This document shows positions 28,561 through 35,852 of a stretch of DNA of 64,000 bases, piece after piece. The DNA comes from Chloroflexota bacterium (GTDB lineage: Bacteria; Chloroflexota; Dehalococcoidia; Lucifugimonadales; UBA3495). Under the pieces are notes generated by a model. The model was not told the origin of the DNA, did no database searches, and worked only from the letters and a program-made list of their open reading frames with translations. The position numbers were made by a program, and so were the translations under genes. Position 1 is the stretch's first letter, and every line of letters begins with the position of its first letter. The DNA lies in assembly GCA_009840175.1 (NCBI GenBank), contig VXOI01000062.1, positions 4,727-68,726 of the forward strand, in the 5' to 3' direction.

Positions 28561-29802
28561 CTAACCCTGGAAGTTCACCCGTCCGTCCAGCAAGGCGCGG
28601 GCCATGACGAACTTGTGGATTTCCGACGTGCCGCCGCCGATACGGGCATGGCGAAGCAGGTGATACCAATGGGCTATCGGGAGGTCCAGGGTCTCGCCGG
28701 TTCCACCGAAGACCTGCATAATCTTGTCAATGCTGCGGCATCCCCACTCCCCGGCGCAATACTTGATCATGGAAGCCTCAACGCGCACATCGTCGCCAGC
28801 GTCGGCGCGGGCCGCGGTCTCGCGGGTGGCTGCCCGCAGGGTCATGATGTCAATGTAGACGTCGGTCAGCATCCACTGGATGGCCTGCCGGTCGGCGATG
28901 GGACGCCCGTAGGTGACCCGCTGTTTGGCCCAATCGATAGCCATTTCCAGGGCGCGGCTCAGGATACCGATGGCCATGGAGCCGCGCAGGAGGCGGTCGT
29001 GATGCACCAGCCATTTCTGGCCCAGGGTGAAGCCGCGCCCCACCTCGCCCAGCACCTTGGTCTGTGGGACGCGCACGTTGTCCAGATGGACAGTGTGCTG
29101 TTGGTTCTTGGTGGGGTTAATCCAGATGCGGATAGGCTCGAAGGACAGTCCGGGATTGGGGTTGTCCACGATGAACATGGTAATGCCGCCCCGCTGCCGC
29201 TTCTCCGGGTCGGTCACAGCCTGTACCAGAACGTAGTCGGCGCTGGCGGCCCCGGAGATGAAAGTCTTGGTGCCGTTCAACACCCAATCGTCGCCGTCCA
29301 GCTCGGCGCGGGTCTGCATCATGCCGCCTGGGTCGGAGCCGGCCTCCGGCTCTGTCTGTCCGAAGGCATAGTGCAACTCGCCCCGGATGGAAGGCAGCAG
29401 GTATTCCTGCTCCTGCTCGGGAGTGCAATTCCCGATCATCATCATCGGCACCGGCGAGGTGGGGAGCTGCACGATGCTCTTATGCACCTCTTCGTCCAGC
29501 ACTACGTGGCCCAGGGCGCCCATGCCGCCGCCCCCGTATTCCTCGGGAACGAAGGAGGTGTATATGCCCGTGTCCTTGGAAATCTGGTTCAGACGCGCCC
29601 ACTTCTCCGGGGAGAGCGTACCCAGAATTCCCTGGAGGGCCTCGGCGATGCCCCGGGGAGCGCCCGCGTCTTCCACTCCCTCCATCGTTGGATTCGCCAG
29701 GTACTCCGTCTCCAGCGGATAGCACTCGTCCTTGACTATCTGGCGGATGGTGAGTTTCAGAGCCTCGAGTTCCGGGGGCAGCCCTGCCTGCTCTGCGATC
29801 AT
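28561..29802 (-). CDS. acyl-CoA dehydrogenase family protein
   Basis: 413 aa. ..TEPEAGSDPGGM.. and ..GGTSEIHK.. are typical ACAD motifs. GGAGGAAAG lies upstream of the ATG. Confidence 0.85.
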   Translation of the reverse strand: MIAEQAGLPPELEALKLTIRQIVKDECYPLETEYLANPTMEGVEDAGAPRGIAEALQGILGTLSPEKWARLNQISKDTGIYTSFVPEEYGGGGMGALGHVVLDEEVHKSIVQLPTSPVPMMMIGNCTPEQEQEYLLPSIRGELHYAFGQTEPEAGSDPGGMMQTRAELDGDDWVLNGTKTFISGAASADYVLVQAVTDPEKRQRGGITMFIVDNPNPGLSFEPIRIWINPTKNQQHTVHLDNVRVPQTKVLGEVGRGFTLGQKWLVHHDRLLRGSMAIGILSRALEMAIDWAKQRVTYGRPIADRQAIQWMLTDVYIDIMTLRAATRETAARADAGDDVRVEASMIKYCAGEWGCRSIDKIMQVFGGTGETLDLPIAHWYHLLRHARIGGGTSEIHKFVMARALLDGRVNFQG

Positions 29803-29919
29803 AGTGTTCTTTCCTCCGGGAGCCTTCGTAAAACCTCTGCCTGGTTACAGATAATATGCGCGGCGGTTACGAATCGTTCCATCCGCGCACAAAAGGGTCA
29901 ACATCGAAAGGTATCGGTA

Positions 29920-30108
29920 TCAATGGAAGGGGCAGACGAACTTGAAGGTGGACACTGCCGCGTTGTCGCTCCCGTTCCGCGCTGGTTCCGCTGCCGAAGT
30001 AGACGCTGCCGTGGCATCCCGAGCCTCTCCCAAGGCGGAAAACCCGACGGCGATGACCGACAGGGTGAGCAATGCAATAACGGCGAAGGCGGCGACCCTG
30101 GCTTTCAT
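29920..30108 (-). CDS. hypothetical small secreted/membrane-anchored protein
   Basis: 62 aa with a hydrophobic N-terminus (MKARVAAFAVIALLTLSVIAVGF). There is no clear SD, and a hairpin follows downstream. Support is weak. Confidence 0.25.
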   Translation of the reverse strand: MKARVAAFAVIALLTLSVIAVGFSALGEARDATAASTSAAEPARNGSDNAAVSTFKFVCPFH

Positions 30109-30254
30109 AGATCTGGCGAGCCGAATTTAGCGGGTTTACTCCATCAACTTTGTTCAATTCTATAACGGGCCGCCATCTATTGCCACCATGAGGCAATTGT
30201 CGGCCACAGGGCAAGAAGCCCAATCGCGCAGATGGAATTTTGGATCCTAAGCCG

Positions 30255-30263
30255 TGCTAGAAT
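30255..30263 (+). promoter_or_regulatory. candidate extended -10 element upstream of selA
   Basis: TGCTAGAAT lies 34 nt upstream of the selA ATG. The -35 is poor. Confidence 0.3.
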
Positions 30264-30296
30264 GTCCGTTAGCAGATACAAAGGCTATTCGACAAG

Positions 30297-31658
30297 ATGC
30301 AGTTCCGAAACCTCCCCAGCGTAGACAGCGTTCTGGCCCTGCCCAACGTGACGGCGGCCGCGGCAGCGTACAGCCGCGAGTGGGTCGTGGAGCTGGCGCG
30401 GGAGGAACTCGACGCCGCACGCCAGCGCATCCGGCAGGGTGGGGAGGCCGACGGCGCGGAGGAGATCGCCGCGCTGGTCTGCCGCCGGGCCGAGGAAGCA
30501 GGCCTGGCCGAACCGCGACGGGTCATCAACGCCACCGGCGTCGTCATCCACACGAACCTGGGCCGGGCGCCACTCAGTCGCGCCGCAATGCAGGCCGCTG
30601 AGGAGGCGGCCGCCGGATACTCCAACCTGGAGTTTGACCTTGAGGCGGGGCGGCGCGGCTCCCGCCAAGCCCGCCTGGAGTCGCTGATACGGCAGGTCAC
30701 CGGCGCGGAGGCGGCTCTGGCGGTGAACAACAACGCCTCGGCGGTGCTGCTGGGACTCTTGGCGCTGGCCGCCGGACGCGAGGTAATCGTATCCCGCGCC
30801 GAGGCTGTTGAAATCGGCGGCGGCTTCCGCGTTCCCGACGTGCTGCGTCAGAGCGGGGCGACGCTGGTGGACGTGGGCACCACCAACCGGACCTACCTGC
30901 GGGACTATGAAGAGGCCACCACCGAAGACACGGCGGCTTACTTGAAGGTTCACGCCAGCAATTTCCGCGTTGAAGGATTCACGTCCGAGGTGGACGCGAA
31001 GGAACTGGCCGCGTTGGGAGACCGCCTGGGTGTTGCGGTGTTGCACGACGTGGGCAGCGGCAGCCTGCTGCCCACCGAAAGATATGGAATGGCCCACGAG
31101 CCAATGCCGCAGGAGAGCATCCGCGCCGGCATGGGCCTGGTTTTCTTTTCGGGAGACAAGTTGTTGGGCGGGCCGCAGGCAGGGATAGTAGCGGGAAGGA
31201 GGGAACTGGTGGGTCTCCTGGCCCGGCATCCGCTGGCGCGGGCTGTGAGGATAGACAAGCTGAGCCTCGCCAGCCTCACCGCCACGCTGGTCCACTACCT
31301 GCGAGGTGAGGCGGAGCGAGAGATACCCGTCTGGCGGATGATCTCCGCCACGGCGGAATCACTGAAAGAGCGGGCCCACTCCTGGAAACGTCAACTCTCC
31401 GAGCCGTACAGCGTGGCCGAGTCGCGGTCCGCTGTCGGCGGCGGCAGCCTGCCCGGCGAGACTCTGCCGACCTGGGCGCTGGCGCTGGATGCCTCGTCCT
31501 TGCCGGAAGGAGCGGAGGGCGTGATGCGCCTGCTGCGGGAAGGCCGGCCGCCGGTTGTGGCGCGAGTTGAGGACGAGCGGGTGATGTTCGATCCGCGCAC
31601 TGTGGCCCCCGATGAAGACATGGAACTGCTGGCAGCATTGAGGGGGCTCAATGGGTAG
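30297..31658 (+). CDS. selA: L-seryl-tRNA(Sec) selenium transferase
   Basis: ..VINATGVVIHTNLGRAPLS.., ..VSRAEAVEIGGGFRVPDV.. and ..FSGDKLLGGPQAGIVAG.. (PLP-Lys region) match SelA along the full length. Confidence 0.88.
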   Translation: MQFRNLPSVDSVLALPNVTAAAAAYSREWVVELAREELDAARQRIRQGGEADGAEEIAALVCRRAEEAGLAEPRRVINATGVVIHTNLGRAPLSRAAMQAAEEAAAGYSNLEFDLEAGRRGSRQARLESLIRQVTGAEAALAVNNNASAVLLGLLALAAGREVIVSRAEAVEIGGGFRVPDVLRQSGATLVDVGTTNRTYLRDYEEATTEDTAAYLKVHASNFRVEGFTSEVDAKELAALGDRLGVAVLHDVGSGSLLPTERYGMAHEPMPQESIRAGMGLVFFSGDKLLGGPQAGIVAGRRELVGLLARHPLARAVRIDKLSLASLTATLVHYLRGEAEREIPVWRMISATAESLKERAHSWKRQLSEPYSVAESRSAVGGGSLPGETLPTWALALDASSLPEGAEGVMRLLREGRPPVVARVEDERVMFDPRTVAPDEDMELLAALRGLNG

Positions 31659-31675
31659 ATTATCCAGAAGATCTC

Positions 31676-31701
31676 CGTCATTCCCGGCAGACGCGGGATT
31701 C
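31676..31701 (+). repeat. REP-like palindromic unit GTCATTCCCGG..CGGGATTCC (copy 1)
   Basis: gtcattcccggcagacgcgggattcc. Related copies occur in opposite orientation at 32809..32831 and 34640..34664. Confidence 0.55.
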
Positions 31702-31805
31702 CACCTGTACCTGCTATTGGAAAGCTGGAGCATCCACCGAAACCTCTGGATTCCCCCTTTCGTGGGGATGGCGCGACTCTCAATAATACCGGAGCAAAGC
31801 AGGCA

Positions 31806-32567
31806 ATGACCGATTATCTGCTGGTGCATGGCGCAGGGCAGGGTTCCTGGGCCTGGGGCAAGGTCTGGGGGTTGATGACGGCCCCGGTGGAGCATCCTCC
31901 AACGCTGCACAAGCCCCGCCGCGCCGACCGGGTGCACCCGGTGGACTTGCCGGGTCACGGCCCGGACATAGCCGGTGACACCGCCGCCGTCCGGCTGGAG
32001 GAGTGCGTGGAGGTCATCACCCGCGCCGTGGAGCAGGAGCAGCTCCGCGACGTGGTGCTGGTGGGCCACGGGGTATCGGGTGGCATCGTGCTGGAAGCGT
32101 CCAAGCATCTGCCGACGCCGCCCAAGCGCCTGGCGCTGGTGGGCGCAGCCGTTCCGGAAGGTCAACGCCCGCTCATCGGGGGCTGCGCCAGTGGGGTGCG
32201 TTCCTGGTTCCGGCTGGTTTCCCTGCTCAGTACGCTGTCGCGGCAGGAGCTCAGGTTCTCCGGGCCGGTCATTGAACGCTTCCTGTGCAATAGCATGGAA
32301 GCCATGGAAATCGTACAGATCCTGGGCTTCTTCGGCCCCCTTCCGACGCGCTTGCTCAGGTCCAGCCTGTCTCCCGAAGCTGAAATCGGCCTGCCCGCTC
32401 CGCTGACTTGCATCGTTCTAACCGAGGACAAGCTGGTGACGCCCGCCGCGCAACGCCGCACCGCCGAGCGCCTGAACAGCGAGGAGACCCTGGAAATAGA
32501 CGCCTGTCACATGGGAGTCTGGCAAAAGCCGAAGGCCGTGGCTGACGCCCTGCTGCGCTATGCGTGA
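31806..32567 (+). CDS. alpha/beta hydrolase (methylesterase-like)
   Basis: ..YLLVHGAGQGSWAW.. and a nucleophile elbow ..GHGVSGG... 253 aa. Confidence 0.7.
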   Translation: MTDYLLVHGAGQGSWAWGKVWGLMTAPVEHPPTLHKPRRADRVHPVDLPGHGPDIAGDTAAVRLEECVEVITRAVEQEQLRDVVLVGHGVSGGIVLEASKHLPTPPKRLALVGAAVPEGQRPLIGGCASGVRSWFRLVSLLSTLSRQELRFSGPVIERFLCNSMEAMEIVQILGFFGPLPTRLLRSSLSPEAEIGLPAPLTCIVLTEDKLVTPAAQRRTAERLNSEETLEIDACHMGVWQKPKAVADALLRYA

Positions 32568-32597
32568 GCCCTTTCCGAAGTAAGAACGTACTGACAT

Positions 32598-32634
32598 GAA
32601 AACGGGCCGGGATTGTTCCGGCCCGTTACCTTTC
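32598..32634. terminator. bidirectional intrinsic terminator
   Basis: A perfect 10-bp stem, aacgggccgg / ccggcccgtt, with a 7-nt loop, flanked by gaaa and acctttc. It sits between convergent genes. Confidence 0.6.
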
Positions 32635-32669
32635 AATGCGGGGTGCGACCTGGGATGCGCTCGTTCCTG

Positions 32670-32783
32670 CTACCAGCCTGGGCGGCGCCGACCGCAGTTG
32701 CCGCAGAAGACGTCGCGCATGGGGCCGTTCTCGTAGCCGCATTTGTCGCAGGTCCAGATGGTGACAATCATCGAAGCAATCAT
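32670..32783 (-). CDS. 37-aa zinc-ribbon micro-protein (below the ORF-track size cutoff)
   Basis: MIASMIVTIWTCDKCGYENGPMRDVFCGNCGRRRPGW has CxxC..CxxC. A GAGGTGA Shine-Dalgarno lies 5 nt upstream of the ATG. It sits 90 nt downstream of groEL on the same strand. Confidence 0.6.
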   Translation of the reverse strand: MIASMIVTIWTCDKCGYENGPMRDVFCGNCGRRRPGW

Positions 32784-32808
32784 AAAAATCACCTCAGCGA
32801 TTTGCCTG

Positions 32809-32831
32809 TTCCCGGGGCTGCCGGGAATGGC
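32809..32831 (-). repeat. REP-like palindromic unit (copy 2) between groEL and the zinc-ribbon ORF
   Basis: The minus strand reads gccattcccggcagccccgggaa, with a 7-bp TTCCCGG/CCGGGAA stem. Confidence 0.5.
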
Positions 32832-32872
32832 GGTCTGCGATCCGGTTCGATGAGGCCCGGCTACGAAGGATC

Positions 32873-34480
32873 CTAATGGTGGTGGCCGTGGTGGTCGGGT
32901 TCTTCCTCTTCCTCGGGGGTAATCAGGGAGTAGGTGGTCAGTATCATGCCGGCCACGCTGGAAGCGTTTTCCAGGGCAGAGCGCGAGACCTTGGTTGGAT
33001 CAATGATGCCTCGCTCCACCATATCTCCGAACTCGCCTCGGGCTGCGTCGTAGCCGAAGTTGCTTTCGCTGCTGCGGCGCACCTCGTCCACTACAACGGC
33101 AGGCTCTCCGCCGGAGTTGCGCGCGATAATGCGCACCGGCTGCTCCAGCGCCTCCCTCAGCAGGATGCGGCCCACAGCCTCGTCTCCGACGAGGTTGACG
33201 CTGTCCAGCGCGCGCGTGGCGCGGATGTAGGCCACGCCGCCACCGGGCACGATGCCCTCTTCCACCGCCGCGCGGGTGGCCGAAAGGGCGTCTTCGACTC
33301 GGGCCTTGCGGTTCTTCAGTTCCGGCTCGGTCGGGGCGCCAACCTTGACGACTGCGACGCCGCCGGACAGTTTCGCCAGCCGCTCCTGTAGCTTTTCCTT
33401 GTCGTACTCGGAAGTAGTTTCCTCGATGAGGACGCGGATTTGTTCAATCCGGCCATGGATCATCTGCTCTTCGCCTGCGCCGCCGACTACGGTAGTACGG
33501 TCCTTGGTGGTCTCGATGCGGCGGGCCTGCCCCAGGTCTGCGACCGTGGCCTGGTCCAGCCGCCGTCCCCGCTCCTCCGAAACGACCTGCGCCCCTGTGA
33601 GTATGGCAATGTCTTCCAGCATGGCCTTGCGACGGTCGCCAAAGCCGGGGGCCTTGACGGCCAGGCAGTTTATGGTGCCCCGCAGCTTGTTGACCACCAG
33701 TACCGCGAGCGCCTCGCTCTCCACATCCTCGGCGATGACCACCAGGTTGCGGGTCACCTGCAACGCGCTTTCCAGCACAGGCACCAATTCGGCGGCAGAA
33801 GAAATCTTCTTGTCCGTCACCAGGATGTGCGGATTCTCGATGATGGATTCCATGCGTTCCGGGTTGGTGACGAAGTAAGGGCTGATGTAGCCGCGGTCGA
33901 AGTTCATGCCTTCGACGTACTCGGTCTCGGACTCGATGCCCTTGCCTTCCTCGATGGTGACCACGCCCTCGGCGCCCACCTGTTCCAGCACGTCGGCAAG
34001 CATATCGCCGATTTCGCCGTCATTGGCGGAGATTGTGGCAACCTGGGCCATTTGGTCGCGGCCCTGCACCGGGGTTGAAATGCCGGACAGTTCCTTGACC
34101 AGGGCTTGGACGCACTTGTCCAGACCGCGCTTGATGGCCATGGGGTCGGCCCCTGCGGCCACGTTCTTCATGCCCTCACGGACGATGGTGTGGGCCAGGA
34201 CCGTGGCGGTGGTGGTGCCGTCGCCAGCGACGTCGTTGGTTTTGCTGGCGGCTTCCTTGATCAACTGGGCGCCCATATTCTCGAAGGACTCGGGCAACTC
34301 CACTTCCTTGGCGATGGTGACGCCGTCGTTGGTGATGACGGGCGCGCCCCACTTCTTTTCCACCGCAACATTGCGGCCCTTCGGCCCCAAGGTGCGCCCG
34401 ACGGCGTTGGATACCATCGAGATGCCCTCCAGCAGGGCCTTTTGAGCGGCCTGATCGCTGATAATACTCTTGGCTGGCAT
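32873..34480 (-). CDS. groEL: chaperonin GroEL (60 kDa) with an acidic/His-rich C-terminal tail
   Basis: [27 protein letters not shown].. shows full-length GroEL similarity. The ATG at 34480 has an AGGAGG upstream. The tail reads ..[13 protein letters not shown] in place of GGM repeats. No groES is adjacent. Confidence 0.9.
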   Translation of the reverse strand: MPAKSIISDQAAQKALLEGISMVSNAVGRTLGPKGRNVAVEKKWGAPVITNDGVTIAKEVELPESFENMGAQLIKEAASKTNDVAGDGTTTATVLAHTIVREGMKNVAAGADPMAIKRGLDKCVQALVKELSGISTPVQGRDQMAQVATISANDGEIGDMLADVLEQVGAEGVVTIEEGKGIESETEYVEGMNFDRGYISPYFVTNPERMESIIENPHILVTDKKISSAAELVPVLESALQVTRNLVVIAEDVESEALAVLVVNKLRGTINCLAVKAPGFGDRRKAMLEDIAILTGAQVVSEERGRRLDQATVADLGQARRIETTKDRTTVVGGAGEEQMIHGRIEQIRVLIEETTSEYDKEKLQERLAKLSGGVAVVKVGAPTEPELKNRKARVEDALSATRAAVEEGIVPGGGVAYIRATRALDSVNLVGDEAVGRILLREALEQPVRIIARNSGGEPAVVVDEVRRSSESNFGYDAARGEFGDMVERGIIDPTKVSRSALENASSVAGMILTTYSLITPEEEEEPDHHGHHH

Positions 34481-34639
34481 TCCTCTCTTACCCTCCTTAA
34501 GTTGAGACGGGCAGAACGCAAGATTAGTGAGAGACGTAACTGGTATAAGGATAAAACTGCCCTCGCCGCCGGTCAAGCGCAGCGAGAATGACGGCAGGGT
34601 TCCGAATAAGGTGGTCCAATTGAATGGCGACGAGGGTTT

Positions 34640-34664
34640 GGATTCCCGCCTGCGCGGGAATGAC
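34640..34664 (-). repeat. REP-like palindromic unit (copy 3) upstream of groEL
   Basis: ggattcccgcctgcgcgggaatgac has a stem TTCCCGC/GCGGGAA. Its reverse complement matches copy 1 at about 22/26 positions. Confidence 0.55.
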
Positions 34665-34772
34665 GGGTTCGCAATTTCAAGTGCGTAACTCCTAATACGG
34701 TTTCTTAGTTCTCAATAGAAAAACCAGATATTAGTAATTCTTTCTCACAATATCGTGATTGTTTTCACAGGC

Positions 34773-34801
34773 TTGACAAACATAACAATTATTGATATAA
34801 A
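34773..34801 (+). promoter_or_regulatory. sigma70-like promoter driving the small ORF at 34891
   Basis: TTGACA (34773..34778), a 17-nt spacer, then TATAAA (34796..34801), in a strongly AT-rich stretch. TGATATA is directly repeated across the -10. Confidence 0.5.
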
Positions 34802-34890
34802 TGATATAGAAGTTCTGATTCTTTAAGGAACTGACCGGCGGAGAGAAAGAAAACGTCCGCCGGAGGGAAAAATCACTGGAGGTGCAAACT

Positions 34891-35004
34891 ATGTCTACGA
34901 AAGCGAAGGTTGCGATTGCCCTGGGTACGGCAGCACTGGCCGCGGCGGCCGCGTATGGAGGCTACCGCTACTGGAAGCACCGGAAGCTGGCCCGCGCCCG
35001 CTAG
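34891..35004 (+). CDS. 37-aa single-pass membrane micro-protein
   Basis: MSTKAKVAIALGTAALAAAAAYGGYRYWKHRKLARAR. A GGAGGTG lies 7 nt upstream of the ATG, with a promoter upstream and a terminator downstream. Confidence 0.5.
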   Translation: MSTKAKVAIALGTAALAAAAAYGGYRYWKHRKLARAR

Positions 35005-35071
35005 CCTGAACGCCGGCGATGGATGTCGGCCACACCTGCGGCCTGCTGGGCCTGAGTAGAGCCTGGATCGG

Positions 35072-35809
35072 GTGGATTGGGAAGGGGATCGGGCCGCAAC
35101 AGAAAGAGCGCTTCGTTTACGGGGCGCTCTTTTCGACTACAATCGCCTTTGCCATCTTCGCCTCTACGGGAATGTTGCTGTGCTGTTGATTGCCTTCCTG
35201 CTAATCCCTTTTATAGCCTTACTGGCTCAGGTCTTCGGGTGGCAGGCTGATTCCTTCGACCTGAATGACCCGGAGGCGGCCAGGGCCAAGTATGCGGATA
35301 TTACCGCCATCGAGAGTTTTTCGGAACAGGGGCGGGCCTGGTGCAGCCTGACGGAGCGGGAAGTGCGGGCGATAGCGAGGCACACCGAAATGTCGAACAT
35401 CGTGACGACCACCACCCATACCAGCAGCGCAGGCGAAGTGTCCACCAATGCCATTGTCGAGCCCGCGCCCAACCAGGATGAACTGGTGGAAGGGGCAGTG
35501 AAACAGACTTCTGATTCGTGCCGCTACAACGTCTGGGCCAACATTGAAAAACTGCAAACCGTTACGGACGAGGAAGGGTGGGCCGAGCTGTTGTGCCAGC
35601 TTACGCGGGAAGAAGCCACAACGCTTATCAGGTTCTTGAGTGTCGGCGGTTACACGGAAGTAATCGAAGTGGCCACAAGCTCTGATGGATCATCTACCGA
35701 GACTAAGGTAAGCAGACCGCCAGAGCGGGTTGACGAAAGCGACGTAGCCGCGGGGCTGGAAGAGTTATCAGCCGAATGTGGCTGGGAGGGCGGCCAGGAA
35801 AGGCCGTAG
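35072..35809 (+). CDS. hypothetical membrane-anchored protein with an internal duplication (start uncertain; GTG 35180 is plausible)
   Basis: The codon usage looks coding. It has a hydrophobic segment LLIAFLLIPFIALLAQVF and two similar blocks, RAWCSLTEREVRAIARH and GWAELLCQLTREEATTLIRF. The ORF-track start at 35072 overlaps the terminator hairpin, so the true start is probably downstream. I recognised no family. Confidence 0.4.
   Translation: MDWEGDRAATERALRLRGALFDYNRLCHLRLYGNVAVLLIAFLLIPFIALLAQVFGWQADSFDLNDPEAARAKYADITAIESFSEQGRAWCSLTEREVRAIARHTEMSNIVTTTTHTSSAGEVSTNAIVEPAPNQDELVEGAVKQTSDSCRYNVWANIEKLQTVTDEEGWAELLCQLTREEATTLIRFLSVGGYTEVIEVATSSDGSSTETKVSRPPERVDESDVAAGLEELSAECGWEGGQERP
35103..35133 (+). 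terminator. intrinsic terminator after the micro-ORF
   Basis: aaagagcgc / gcgctcttt is a 9-bp stem with a 12-nt loop, followed by a T-run (tttt). Confidence 0.55.
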
Positions 35810-35852
35810 CTGCGTCCAGCCGGCCGGCTTGGCCTTGTGGTAGACTCGTGGA

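Noticed and set aside
29845-29922. The TGA stop of the small ORF next to selA, considered as a possible selenocysteine codon. The frame stays open for 22 more codons after it.
   Set aside because: The only hairpin downstream (GCGCGG..CCGCCGCGC) starts about 36 nt after the UGA and is followed by a U-rich stretch, so it looks like a terminator rather than a bacterial SECIS. The extension has no Cys/Sec-type redox motif, and the ORF itself is weakly supported.
32836-32872. A ggttcgat motif between groEL and the zinc-ribbon ORF, considered as a tRNA T-arm. More generally, I searched intergenic regions for tRNA, tRNA-Sec and tmRNA.
   Set aside because: No acceptor stem or anticodon arm can be built around it. 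No other intergenic region shows a cloverleaf-compatible sequence.
34481-34890. A CIRCE/HrcA operator upstream of groEL.
   Set aside because: I found no match to TTAGCACTC-N9-GAGTGCTAA or a close variant on either strand.
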